IMG/VR virus record: IMGVR_UViG_3300022548_000001
Reading direction: 5' to 3' (one strand)
Length of the DNA stretch: 64,000 bases
From: an uncultured virus (IMG/VR IMGVR_UViG_3300022548_000001)
Taxonomy: Duplodnaviria > Heunggongvirae > Uroviricota > Caudoviricetes
This document shows, one piece after another, positions 31,401-40,344 of this stretch. The stretch's first letter is position 1, and the number at the start of each line of letters is the position of its first letter. Position numbers and translations under genes: made by a program. The notes below the pieces were generated by a model. That model was not told the DNA's origin, did no database searches, and saw only the letters and a list, made by a program, of their open reading frames with translations.

Positions 31401-32799
31401 ATATTTGCGCCTTCCGGGGGATGAGTACGATTTTGCCCCCGCGTATGTACAATTTAATGATATCGCGTCTCTTAACGCTTATCTTGCGACAAATGTTATT
31501 GATAATATTATTATTTATGTTGAAAGTAAAAAAGACGGAAGCGCTTCTTTTACCGGAACTTTTGAATTACAAAATCGCGGCAATAGGACGGTAAAAATAC
31601 AAACAGATCCTTTAGAAATGGAAAACGGGCCGGCAAAAATAATTTATAATTCTGTAGACGGGATTGTTGACGAATCAAGCGTAAACGGCGGCGTTACTTT
31701 TGAAAATATAAAAATATTCAGCGACGCGTCATATACGGCTCCTTATTTGATTAACGTCGGTTCGCAAATTAAAAATCTTACTTTTATTAATTGTATTATT
31801 CAGGTTAATAAAAACTCATTGATTAATACGCCATTATGCCATATCAAATTAATAAATACAATTTGTATATATTTAAATAAAGATAATATTAATTATATCT
31901 ATATAGCCTTAAATAATTCAATAACGTCTCATATTATTTATAATTCAATTTTTCTTGTTGAAAAAACATATAATATTAATATGCGGGTTACGTCAGAAAA
32001 TTTTGATAATTATGTATACAATTGTTTAACATTTAATCTTATCTCGTATTATAATCTTAATATTGAAGCGCCCGGCCGTAAAATTTTGTGTATTGAAAAT
32101 AAAAATCCTAATTTCACCGAATTAGAATATGAATGGGATACGCTTACTCCGGAACAAATTCTTGAATCAAAATTCAATCCTATTTTAGAAAGCCCTTTAA
32201 TAAACGCGGGAAACGACAATATAATATTAATGTATAATATTGACACGGATATTCTTGGAAATGATAGAATTTTTGGGTTTTACGGTGTAGATATAGGTCC
32301 GTATGAAACAAAAATTCATATCATGGACATCGTTTCATCCGACATTCGATCCATTGAACAAATCAAAATTTATATTGATAGAATAAAAAAGACGTTAATT
32401 TCAACGGATAATAATATCGTTTACAATTCATTATATGAAATATTCCAATATCGCCAGGAAGAATTGGAAGAATTTTTAAGAGAAGAAAAAATTGCGATAG
32501 AATTGAAAACAACTAATAAAAAATATGTGCCGCGAAGCGACAAGACTCATCAGCTTATCGCGGAATTTGAGGCGTATTTTGATAGTAAAACAAACAGTAT
32601 TATTGTTTCAAAAACCGGCGGAGAACCGGATAAAATGCTTGGTAAAATATTAATGGATGATTCGTATATTCTTCATTTTGACGAGCTTAAACACAAACTA
32701 TATTTGTACTTGAATGAATTGTCTACATTTGGTACTTCTGGAGTTAATAATCCTGTAAGAAACGTTAGGTTCGGCGGCAATCCAATATTTGACGGGTAA
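25450..32799 (+). CDS. Giant right-handed beta-helix (pectin-lyase-like) repeat protein, five ~380-aa modules
   Basis: 2449 aa. Modules start with FSVG-like motifs near 25540, 26665, 27808, 28924 and 30109, contain I.NN.IY...GI / NNTV ladders, and end D.GA.E/Q. Confidence 0.75.
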   Translation: MFLGQIHSPANPMQGSAFSTYGLKPSENEVVFSVGDQCGDDSYITKDSSGNLPTFTIESGILTFSYPQTHSYIGVGDIIFWSGGSVYISKKLSTRRWRVKNADGSAPNNISTAVVVQKIDKAYNTILNALSDIPVRIGNKNLVSRYISVGIACYKKTSYNSGEISITGWTTSATNYIRIFAPRNVSNECNKAQIFTITSNAASALITCSNDYIIIDALRLEESGACNIGIDVAGIGIISNCRIHGFQTHGIRVTESVDNVILSKNILYNGNSIGIEASNSSKVIHNTVYGYPTGYNFTGSGANCFNCIAANNTPTQGFVNIPSIFDYCASDDATAVGTHSVPNANIKFIDPANGDFRLTNANNENIIRNGLDLRSYQFYNVIVDESNNLIDNTVSMGAIHFVPTVPFAIGNTAIDLKTGSPNFTIHNGIIEFDIAQINELLSAGCVVNPGINNIILLERIDNTHWRTTLHTGLAPSNQGTTAVISIKFAENNFKNFCIAHNADNLPNLDIKVNVLIVNPTNSNGSSLNIITDQTRTINIYAPYLESDCNSRRRHSGVWSAHIPRIENIEINTDYACIAGLQIGGNIELSGISYNSDIGTVIIEENIIKESLKGIYLNRLGKSRVFNNVIYDCDEYGIAFMDSSGTTDPFDSFLANNTVYCCGGGISIDYIKPIRLLNNILINNQYDLLCDAPKADWITTESNWTSDSSALKLESFHNNEPFKTVLFAGRRNFHIPLAQHLLMITGYQASSDHIYQPTLDIDSIARPENKRWDLGADQYSLPDKKCAIFSVGANALDLQNTPGISVHIVDSIAKFAQPLDSSIGIGDKVTLQDASVYYLAEKGNSETWRVVDNTGSNVSDHSGTLDTIKRVANTLADAVSLPHGKVSENFGGSDLVAKSADIKIECYQDGIAHDDAPVFISGWTTSSLYRMTIESPYNISTQCGRRQRHVGVWNNNYYHLNVPDNALTIDNNNIDIDGLQIDANEHIGCNFISANNCSIKRCIIKNVSIGVEQNSATFDIYVQANIIYYSTIIGIHLLSGYANNNTVIGTSGYSYSTGLASSANMVNNIANGTANGYTGSAVLYSCISQDSSAGTANGCKSNVDLDFLGPTDFHLARDDFEALNYGINNAYNPDYDIDSEEIVEYSIGADCRNDEPISVYFSQGQTASSFAPPSTFVTIKGNVATFSKNLSDKKIMKGNKLVYNGTMIAYLLEKLSENSWLVVDKIGGVPTAASSAPVNSITHPFNNLNKIFDINDAKSIAQFYGNSTNKFISLAKARLQINIVVSGESSNFTDSVTIAHYETNQYGYFRLYAPYLKTECNFRQKHAGIDTYPSNDTHACIRYAGSSIGNGVVDINCDYTVIDGLIITGTPGISCVYARAAHCKIINNIIYNGKYGIISLPNNLRNIIVNNIVFNIIQSGILSSNYDFIYNNTVYGAKICINMPSFNSICRNNIAQSASENCFEVAGGIPAANADYCIASDNTLPNNGTNLLNQIVHFINPSGRNFNLKKTDPRGTGINLGGDLHYSFLTDAIENVRGRFWDCGALEYQPENVAYFSVGTESEYQNNSGNLKINIDSNSIGTFSEPQINNKIASGDAVVGLNGVVICYLAEKINTKQWKVKGANGKNIASSYNTSVVKIRRAFTTLSSLVSQIDTPSYLGSKNLVTTEVQLNIVISNDAWSTQEEGGVFSGYTTDNDYCIKLFSPYDTTKHCNESMRHKGTYKSGARIISKSSYVIKFNNVDFAEISGIVMESTGVLGQAVILNNSFNFLVEANIIRNCAGGAIIHSGVGASKKINNIVNNILYNCYLKGIDIDGGNDNQTWVMNNTVVKCGNGIHHIKGSTGGSKLYAYNNICQESFFKDFSEDNPSNSGKFILYYNISSDTSLNNFNNNINKTTLTFVDKNDENFFLDGSLDFVAIDSALNMGGISPYYFNTDARNVERDNQLWDRGAIERNDIMGHGDMRLGPLIMKNQNGIISNIFPTIVLYLRLPGDEYDFAPAYVQFNDIASLNAYLATNVIDNIIIYVESKKDGSASFTGTFELQNRGNRTVKIQTDPLEMENGPAKIIYNSVDGIVDESSVNGGVTFENIKIFSDASYTAPYLINVGSQIKNLTFINCIIQVNKNSLINTPLCHIKLINTICIYLNKDNINYIYIALNNSITSHIIYNSIFLVEKTYNINMRVTSENFDNYVYNCLTFNLISYYNLNIEAPGRKILCIENKNPNFTELEYEWDTLTPEQILESKFNPILESPLINAGNDNIILMYNIDTDILGNDRIFGFYGVDIGPYETKIHIMDIVSSDIRSIEQIKIYIDRIKKTLISTDNNIVYNSLYEIFQYRQEELEEFLREEKIAIELKTTNKKYVPRSDKTHQLIAEFEAYFDSKTNSIIVSKTGGEPDKMLGKILMDDSYILHFDELKHKLYLYLNELSTFGTSGVNNPVRNVRFGGNPIFDG

Positions 32800-32805
32800 A
32801 AGATC

Positions 32806-35800
32806 ATGAAAGGTATAAATCCTATAAAAGAAACATATCATCATTCGGTCATACGTGAGTTTTCTGAAACATCACGATTTATGATGTCGGGAGTTTCACG
32901 CGGGTTTGTAAAAAATAGATACGCGTGGTTCGCCGATTTCATGAATAAATTTCAACATAATACTTCTTTTAACCCTCATATCGCGTATCTTTCGTTTTTT
33001 AGTGATCGAGAAATAGCAATCAGTGAGCTTGCCAATGTTAAAAAGCTTACTGATATTTATCCGTGCATACTTAATATTAAAGATTCAATTCTTTCACAGA
33101 ATAGTCATGAGCTTTCGACAAAACAATATGCGAATATAGCTCAAAAATATTCAGGCTTTGATGTTGTGGAGCTTATTAATGAGTCTAATACTATTAAATA
33201 TGACGGAAATACGACAAAAACAATTTCAAAGAATTATTCATATTATTATGCTCCGGTAATTTTTGAAACTGGATATAAAGTTAATAAAGGGGCTTTATCA
33301 ATCAATAATCCATTTTATCAACCTGATCATGACCTTTTTATATGGTCGACAAAGGTTCAAAATGGTCGTTTTGGAAGATATTTATCAACTCTTACTATTC
33401 GCGATTATGGGTTTGATCTTACGACGCCAAGCGATTATGACGGAGACCATATAACAGAGGAGCGCATTGTTTCTGATATAGGGCTTAATGCAATAAATAG
33501 AATTGTCAGTTATAAAGTTCTTCCCATCGATTCATTATGGTCTTTTTTTGATAAAAATAATGAATGTGTTCATTATCCATTCCAGCTTTCTGAAGGTATG
33601 GAAAGATCATATAGAAATTTTATCGGCATACCAATTATATGCGAAAATAAAGAAAATAATCTTATTGTAATTAATAGGCCGGGCGATACGATACTTTTTC
33701 CGCAAATAATGCAAAATAATGTAATAGAACGACAAAAAATTATTTCAAATAGTCCTTATCCTTTGACCGGACGAATGGCTTTTCATTCAAACGGGCTTTC
33801 TCTTGAAGAAAGCGATCAGTCCGTTCTTGTATATACTATTTCCGCGTATTGTGTTTATAACGCCGGCGAGGATGGGTATCAGGTCGGGCAGGCAATGATA
33901 AGCGATCCTTCGGTTATTATCCCCGGCATAGATATAAATACCGAAAGAAATAGAAGAAATTCGGCGCTTGTGACAACCGATCCATATATGAAAGTGGTGC
34001 CGTTAAATAGAGGAGAAATTGTAGAATTTAAATTCGTAAAATATGACGGATCTCATCTTAATCCTCATTCGTTTGAGCCTAAAATGATTTTAAAACTTAA
34101 AGCGTCTCGTTCATTTATACGAGCGCTTGATGTTGAGCTCGCTAAAAACGAGGTAAATGACGATATTATTCATACGATATACATAAAGAACCCTTCAACA
34201 TCGATAACCGTCACGGGCTCGAACAATCAATATGCAAAGCTCGGCGGAAATTTAACATATTATCTCCGCCAAGAATACGCGCTTGACGACAGAGTCGGTG
34301 GAATAACAGGGGTAGGTAATTATTTTTCTTTTCAGATTAACGCGCCTGAGAATCTTGGTTATTCAAATGGAAAAGCAAAAATATGCGGAATGGGTCATTA
34401 TGTAAAAACGCTTTTTAATGGAACGTGTGAAGAATACGCCGTATTATATTGCACTAATTATGTTCCAGACGACGCGATTATTATAAATGTATCATCTACA
34501 AATATGACATATCATAGAAAAGAAATTTTTAGACCAATGTTAAAAGTTCCCGGCATTGGAGGGTATGTAAAAATAATTAGTCGTTCAAGAAATATTGACG
34601 CAAAAATATTGCATGATGGAGATGAGGAAGTGGCGTATGATGTTGAATTTCCATTTTCACCAGGATCATACCTTTCACGGCTTCATTTTTCAAGTTCATA
34701 TATAAAGACTCAGGTATTTATAAAATCCATTTATCTTAAAGCCGGAAGCCGCGCAATTGATTTGAACGGAAGATATGATGAATATAATGAAAGACATGTC
34801 TTGATAGGCGACGATGCCTTTTCGAGAATAGATATGTTTATGGGGTACCACAGTGATATTGAAACTTACCCTGAATCAGACGGCGGAGGATGTGTTAATC
34901 CGGCGGTTAATCCAAAAATGAGCATTACATATCCACGCAATTTAATATATTATCTTATTAATCCAAGTTTTCTATGGCTTACTAAACCCGCCGCCTTTAA
35001 TGACGATGGCCTTGGGACATTTCAATTTACTTTTGATAATGTGCAAAATTCTGGAACATATTTAAAATTTCCCGCAGATATAAAAATGGTCATTCATGCG
35101 GATAATCGAATGTGGAGATTCGATAATAATAAATTTAGTTCATATATAAATCGAGAATGCCCGTCATATGTATTTGAAATAGACGCAACCGAATTATCAA
35201 ACGAATTTGGAAGAAATCAACATTTTTATGGCGGCATACCAGAATTAAAACGATGGCTGTTCGCAAATGTTATTGCAAGTTGTAAAACAGCCTTATCTTT
35301 GAAGATAGAATCGGATCAATCAAATACCGACGAAACAATTGACGTCGACAGCGCAAACTCATTATCCGATATGATTATAGAAATATGGGATAATGCATAT
35401 ACTCTCGGCAATCTTTCTACGCGTGCGATGTGGAGGCCAATTACTCCTACGTTGTTTGATACGTTAAAATACCGATCAAGGCCTTTGCTTGAAGGATTGC
35501 ATTGTGAAGGGTTTAAAACCCCTGTGTATGAGCCGGCTGGGCTTTACAAGGTATTACTTGGAAAGTTTAATTCAAACACGTTCGACGCGGGGTTATCTCA
35601 ATCAGAATTAAACGCCGTTATCAATAAATCAAATCTTGCGTTATATGATTCAAAACTTGGAAAAACGTTTCATATTGCTTATATAACTGAAGAAATCAGC
35701 GATCCAAATAATTCTAAAATTATTGTTTATCTTATAATGGACGCTTCGGACGAGCTTTCACAAGACGAGTCGCTTTTAAATCCGGCAAAATGGGTCGGCC

Positions 35801-36207
35801 CAATAGGAATATTTACTCCGTATTCAAAGATAAGCAAAAATACTGATTTTTCGTTTAATAGCTCAAAAATTTATAATTCAAATCTTATAACTAGATATAT
35901 AGATTTTGGCGATAAAAAAAGCGCAACTTCAGACTTTAAAAGATATGTTCATAATGGTAAAATTTATATACGAGTACGCCCGCTTAAAGGAAGAATGCAC
36001 CCTGTCTCTTATACACAAGACGGGGTTGATGTTATGCAATGGGTTGGGCCGTATGTCACAGGGCTGGTTAATGATGATACTAATTTTCCGTGGTATGACC
36101 CATTTTCTCAAGCGCAATATTATAATGGGTTTGATTGGTCTCGAATAGATTTAATAGAGCATGTCCGTAGAATTAAATTTAATTATTTTACTTTGCAGTC
36201 AAAATAA
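32806..36207 (+). CDS. Large hypothetical structural protein
   Basis: 1133-aa beta-rich ORF in the structural operon. Confidence 0.55.
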   Translation: MKGINPIKETYHHSVIREFSETSRFMMSGVSRGFVKNRYAWFADFMNKFQHNTSFNPHIAYLSFFSDREIAISELANVKKLTDIYPCILNIKDSILSQNSHELSTKQYANIAQKYSGFDVVELINESNTIKYDGNTTKTISKNYSYYYAPVIFETGYKVNKGALSINNPFYQPDHDLFIWSTKVQNGRFGRYLSTLTIRDYGFDLTTPSDYDGDHITEERIVSDIGLNAINRIVSYKVLPIDSLWSFFDKNNECVHYPFQLSEGMERSYRNFIGIPIICENKENNLIVINRPGDTILFPQIMQNNVIERQKIISNSPYPLTGRMAFHSNGLSLEESDQSVLVYTISAYCVYNAGEDGYQVGQAMISDPSVIIPGIDINTERNRRNSALVTTDPYMKVVPLNRGEIVEFKFVKYDGSHLNPHSFEPKMILKLKASRSFIRALDVELAKNEVNDDIIHTIYIKNPSTSITVTGSNNQYAKLGGNLTYYLRQEYALDDRVGGITGVGNYFSFQINAPENLGYSNGKAKICGMGHYVKTLFNGTCEEYAVLYCTNYVPDDAIIINVSSTNMTYHRKEIFRPMLKVPGIGGYVKIISRSRNIDAKILHDGDEEVAYDVEFPFSPGSYLSRLHFSSSYIKTQVFIKSIYLKAGSRAIDLNGRYDEYNERHVLIGDDAFSRIDMFMGYHSDIETYPESDGGGCVNPAVNPKMSITYPRNLIYYLINPSFLWLTKPAAFNDDGLGTFQFTFDNVQNSGTYLKFPADIKMVIHADNRMWRFDNNKFSSYINRECPSYVFEIDATELSNEFGRNQHFYGGIPELKRWLFANVIASCKTALSLKIESDQSNTDETIDVDSANSLSDMIIEIWDNAYTLGNLSTRAMWRPITPTLFDTLKYRSRPLLEGLHCEGFKTPVYEPAGLYKVLLGKFNSNTFDAGLSQSELNAVINKSNLALYDSKLGKTFHIAYITEEISDPNNSKIIVYLIMDASDELSQDESLLNPAKWVGPIGIFTPYSKISKNTDFSFNSSKIYNSNLITRYIDFGDKKSATSDFKRYVHNGKIYIRVRPLKGRMHPVSYTQDGVDVMQWVGPYVTGLVNDDTNFPWYDPFSQAQYYNGFDWSRIDLIEHVRRIKFNYFTLQSK

Positions 36208-36236
36208 TTTATATTTTATACGAGGCAAGTATTGCA

Positions 36237-37343
36237 ATGATTTCAAATCTTAGGGCTCGTCCAATACAAGGATATGTTACAGATAGCGCCGGAAACGTTC
36301 TCCGTAACGCTAATATTGTTATTTATAGAAATACGCCTTCTGGCCTCTTGCCTGTCGATTCGACTTCCTCCAATGATGAAGGATATTTTATAAGCAATCC
36401 ACTCCCAAATGGTGTATATGATATATTTGAATCGGGCATACGAACCGCTAGAATTATTCATAATCCAGATCAAAATTCAATTCAATGTTTTAAAGCGTCT
36501 AAAGACAATTATTATGAAAGTGACATTATACCATTTTCTTCATTAGTAAATCCAAACAACCCCAAATTAAATAATTTCAAATATTTTATTCAAATAGAAC
36601 CCGAAGAGATGAGCGTAGATATTCTTGGAAACATGTTTCCATTATATGATTTTGATCTTTCAAATCTTGCCTCTAATAGCGGCGAGATTTATGATTTAAT
36701 CAAATTTCTTAATATTAGAACACACTCGAGAATAACTATTTCACGATTTGACGTTGAATACTTTCTTCCATTAACCGCGGCACAAACGTCATATAGAAGG
36801 ATTAAATGGGCCGGGGTTCCTGGAATACGATATAAACCTGATTCAAAAATAGTTTTGCCGTTGGATTATTTTTCTATTGTCGCGAATAATCCATTTATTA
36901 TTTCAAATAATGGATCTGATTTTAACGGAGTAAAAATTGAAAACGTTTCAGGAAGCGGAATAGGGCATGACAACCAAATTATCACTATAAAAGGTAATTC
37001 AAACTTGTCCGCCTATATAAGTATTTATAATAATGTTGGTATTGGGGACATTCTTAAATTAACAATGAACGCGGCTCCAGGATCATTATTTTGGTATGGA
37101 ATTGTCGTTCAAAAAGTCTCGTATAATATTATTCTTGAAAAATGGAAAAGCTCGAGATTTCTTTCAAATTATTCACCTATAATTGGAAATAATGTATTTT
37201 CTATTAAAGCGTATCATGGAATGTTTCAGGGAATGACTTCAATGTCATCAACTGTCAGCGAGTGTTTTAACGTTGTTGAAAATAATTATCAACAAGTGTT
37301 GGGGACTGAATTATATAATTATTGCGGGAGGTATACGTCATAA
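36237..37343 (+). CDS. Structural protein with N-terminal carboxypeptidase-regulatory-like (prealbumin-fold) domain
   Basis: IQGYVTDSAG..L..A.I...T.SNDEGYF...LPNGVYDI motif. Confidence 0.55.
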   Translation: MISNLRARPIQGYVTDSAGNVLRNANIVIYRNTPSGLLPVDSTSSNDEGYFISNPLPNGVYDIFESGIRTARIIHNPDQNSIQCFKASKDNYYESDIIPFSSLVNPNNPKLNNFKYFIQIEPEEMSVDILGNMFPLYDFDLSNLASNSGEIYDLIKFLNIRTHSRITISRFDVEYFLPLTAAQTSYRRIKWAGVPGIRYKPDSKIVLPLDYFSIVANNPFIISNNGSDFNGVKIENVSGSGIGHDNQIITIKGNSNLSAYISIYNNVGIGDILKLTMNAAPGSLFWYGIVVQKVSYNIILEKWKSSRFLSNYSPIIGNNVFSIKAYHGMFQGMTSMSSTVSECFNVVENNYQQVLGTELYNYCGRYTS

Positions 37344-37729
37344 TGGATATCTCAAATGTGACTTATGAACAAAAAATGTCGGCGGCGGTTGCGTATCTTT
37401 CAAAAAATATTGAATTTGCTCCGCCGGAACTGCATGAATCTATAAACAAATTGAATAGAGTTAATAATGATGGAATGGAGATTGTTCGAAAAATTCAAGA
37501 AATGCAAAATCAAATGAAGCAGCTTGAAAATTCTCTGAGCGAACATATAGGGGCTGCAAAAATTTTATTTGAAATAATTGGAGAACGCATTCCAAAAGAT
37601 AAAATAGATGAATATGCAAGTAAATTTGATGTAAAACAATTCCAAGCTGAAATTAAATCAAATCAGAATCAAATTGATATTGCCGGGGCAACGGCAAAAC
37701 AAATGGAGCAAATGAATGCGAAGGGTTAG
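37343..37729 (+). CDS. Coiled-coil hypothetical protein
   Basis: ATG 37343 overlaps the upstream TAA; heptad-like IQEMQNQMKQLENSL. Confidence 0.55.
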   Translation: MDISNVTYEQKMSAAVAYLSKNIEFAPPELHESINKLNRVNNDGMEIVRKIQEMQNQMKQLENSLSEHIGAAKILFEIIGERIPKDKIDEYASKFDVKQFQAEIKSNQNQIDIAGATAKQMEQMNAKG

Positions 37730-38300
37730 CATTCTAACCGGCATAAAACAGCGTTTAAATGAAATATTAGGCACTGCAGAAACCGGAAATGGAAATTTAA
37801 CAGCATGGTCGATTCAATCGGCCATGCTGAGCAATTTTAATCGCGTATTAAAGGCCATAAATTGCAATTCGATTTATGGCAGAAGACTTTCAGGGGTTTT
37901 TGTATCTAATCCGGATAATGAACATATAAACATCGAAGCCGGATATGCGGTGACTGGATCTGGAAATTTTATATCTTTTCCCGGCGTCTCATTTTATTCG
38001 GTAATGGTGCCGGAGGGTACGACAAGATATTTATGTCTTTTATATTCTATCAGGCAAATGAATGATGGCGCGGATGGGGCTAAAAAAACCGGCATTATTA
38101 ATGCGCCAGGAGAGCATCAAATTGTTTTTGATGAAATTGGCGCGTGCGGCGTTTCAATGTCTGAAATTACTTCAATGATATCTCTTGAAACGAGCGTGCC
38201 AAATGTAAATTCTAATAAAGCAATGATAGCAGTATTAACTAAAACTAACGGGGTATTATCAGTAACAAATTTAAACGCGGTATTTACGCCGCTTCCATAA
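37716..38300 (+). CDS. Hypothetical structural protein
   Basis: 194 aa; INIEAGYAVTGSG motif resembles baseplate/fibre-anchor proteins. Confidence 0.45.
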   Translation: MRRVSILTGIKQRLNEILGTAETGNGNLTAWSIQSAMLSNFNRVLKAINCNSIYGRRLSGVFVSNPDNEHINIEAGYAVTGSGNFISFPGVSFYSVMVPEGTTRYLCLLYSIRQMNDGADGAKKTGIINAPGEHQIVFDEIGACGVSMSEITSMISLETSVPNVNSNKAMIAVLTKTNGVLSVTNLNAVFTPLP

Positions 38301-38313
38301 AGGATTTGTAAAA

Positions 38314-38979
38314 ATGTATTATGTTTTACGGAATCGCTATCCAATTGAAACAAGCCGCCAAGTTAAAACTGCTTGCGAATATTTTGCTAAAAACCTTTCA
38401 AAATTTTCTCCAAATGACAGGGTGACTGCGGCTTGTAATATTGAAAAGAGGGCTTCAGAGCTGCATGTTCCAATCTCTGAAGCGTGGGTTGTTAATTATT
38501 CAAGAGTGATGAAGCCAAACGCCGGCTATTCCCCTGACTTTAAACGATCTATGGAAATGAGAAAGCAGGCGTGCGCGACCCATAAGATTCAAGTACAGAT
38601 TGGTGACAAAAAAGTGGAAGCGGCAGTTTTAATTGATGAACTTGTTAAAAAAGCGGATGAAATGCATCCTATTGAAACGCTTAAAGCCGTTGAAGAATTT
38701 GATAAGATGGCCAATCTTGCTTTTCATTATGATACTCTTATTCCTGATCCTTATATGACTGTTTACGGTAGTTATAGAAACGCCGAATGGGACGCGGTGA
38801 AGATCGCAGGGTCAAAGACAAATTACGACCTTATACGGGCCTCAAGAAGCCCTAAAACTATTGAAAAGATAGCGTCGGTGTTTGGAAAAGGATTTGCTGC
38901 AGGATTTACTAAAGACCCGTTGAAAGCCGCAGAAGGGCTTAAAGAACAGGAAAAGGCTGCGCTGGGCACGATAATATAA
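38314..38979 (+). CDS. Hypothetical head-associated protein
   Basis: 221 aa with several K-x-A motifs, upstream of the portal. Confidence 0.45.
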   Translation: MYYVLRNRYPIETSRQVKTACEYFAKNLSKFSPNDRVTAACNIEKRASELHVPISEAWVVNYSRVMKPNAGYSPDFKRSMEMRKQACATHKIQVQIGDKKVEAAVLIDELVKKADEMHPIETLKAVEEFDKMANLAFHYDTLIPDPYMTVYGSYRNAEWDAVKIAGSKTNYDLIRASRSPKTIEKIASVFGKGFAAGFTKDPLKAAEGLKEQEKAALGTII

Positions 38980-39034
38980 AATGTAAAAATTTTTAAAATT
39001 TATATATATTAAAACTTAATAAAAGGAGAAGTAT

Positions 39035-39430
39035 ATGAATAAGCAGGATGTTCTTGAAAAGATCTGTCAAACGTATTTTAGCGATGAGATGGAAAAAATT
39101 GCTGATGATAATTCAATGCTCAATACGGCGCTTGGTTTGGCTGGGGCTGGCGGTGCGGCGTATGGCGCTCATCAATTGTATAATGTTTTGCGTGAAAAAA
39201 GGCTGAGGCAGATAAGAGCCGCAAACGCAAGGAAGGCGTTAAAATTGCTTGGCCTTCTTGGGGCTGGAAGCGCGGCGGCTGGCGCTGCCGCGATTGGGAT
39301 AAAAAATCCTGAAATGGCAAAGAAAATAATAGGGGACGCAAAACATTATTCTACTATTTTAAAGGAAAGAATGACACCGTCATATACGTCTAAAACGATA
39401 GCAGCTATACGAAAATTTAGAAAAATGTAA
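39035..39430 (+). CDS. Small Ala/Gly-rich basic protein (possible internal head protein)
   Basis: SD AAAGGAG; FSDEMEKIA motif followed by GLAGAGGAAYG-type segments. Confidence 0.5.
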   Translation: MNKQDVLEKICQTYFSDEMEKIADDNSMLNTALGLAGAGGAAYGAHQLYNVLREKRLRQIRAANARKALKLLGLLGAGSAAAGAAAIGIKNPEMAKKIIGDAKHYSTILKERMTPSYTSKTIAAIRKFRKM

Positions 39431-39492
39431 TTGTTAATAGCTGCACAGGCCTTATCAACGCAAAATAATTAATTATTAACGGGCGTCTTAGC

Positions 39493-39526
39493 GACCGCTT
39501 CCGCGGCTAAATCCGCGGGAGCGGTC
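39493..39526 (+). terminator. GC-rich hairpin
   Basis: GACCGCTTCCGCGG-CTAAAT-CCGCGGGAGCGGTC in an intergenic gap; weak T tail. Confidence 0.4.
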
Positions 39527-39561
39527 ATATTTAAAAAAAGGAAAAATTAGAAATAATTAGT

Positions 39562-40311
39562 ATGCCCTCCAAGCTTTCAGAACGCCTAATGAACGCCTAT
39601 ATGGGCGGCACCCCGGAAGACATTGAGGCCGTTAAGGCTGAAATTGAAGCTGAACAGAAAGCTCGATTGGCACCCAAAAAAGAAAATATTATCGAGTTAA
39701 ATACCGTTCTAAATGATGAATACGCCTCTCCAATAGTGGTCTATGATTTTCTTAATAAATCCCTTGGAGAAGATTGGTGGGAATGGGAAATTGAAACAAT
39801 TGATAAAATGTTATGGATTAAATATAGTACGGTTCTTACTGATACGAATCGTGATAGGGTTCTTGCAATCAGGCATTTATGCAGAAGCGACGGCGCCTTT
39901 TCAGATTGGTTTGAATTTAATCAACTTTGCTTATCTTTTTGCGGCGCAATCGCCGATTTTGACGCTATTCGAGAGCCAAGCCCTGGAATGGTGATTGCTA
40001 CGGTAAAAGCAATGAATTATATGCGTCCTGACCGGGAATCATTTTTTGGCGAAGAAGTCTTAAAATATATTTGTTGTTTATTAAGAGATCATGGTATTTT
40101 TATTCCACCGCCTTCAATAATGTTTTTGATTATTAAATATATGAAAGAGATGATATCCGATAAAATGAAAGCGAAGTGGATTGACATTTTAAAACGATAT
40201 AATGAAATTATCAATGAACAGGATTCTGACGTAAAAGAAAATGAAATTGATATTCAAGCAAAACGCCTTGTGAACGCCGAGGCTGCCGCTGTTGTTTATT
40301 TAAAAGAATAA
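39562..40311 (+). CDS. Hypothetical protein upstream of the portal
   Basis: 249-aa ORF with a GEDWWEWEIET motif. Confidence 0.55.
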   Translation: MPSKLSERLMNAYMGGTPEDIEAVKAEIEAEQKARLAPKKENIIELNTVLNDEYASPIVVYDFLNKSLGEDWWEWEIETIDKMLWIKYSTVLTDTNRDRVLAIRHLCRSDGAFSDWFEFNQLCLSFCGAIADFDAIREPSPGMVIATVKAMNYMRPDRESFFGEEVLKYICCLLRDHGIFIPPPSIMFLIIKYMKEMISDKMKAKWIDILKRYNEIINEQDSDVKENEIDIQAKRLVNAEAAAVVYLKE

Positions 40312-40344
40312 ATAATGGATTGCATTTAATAAGAAAGAAAAATT

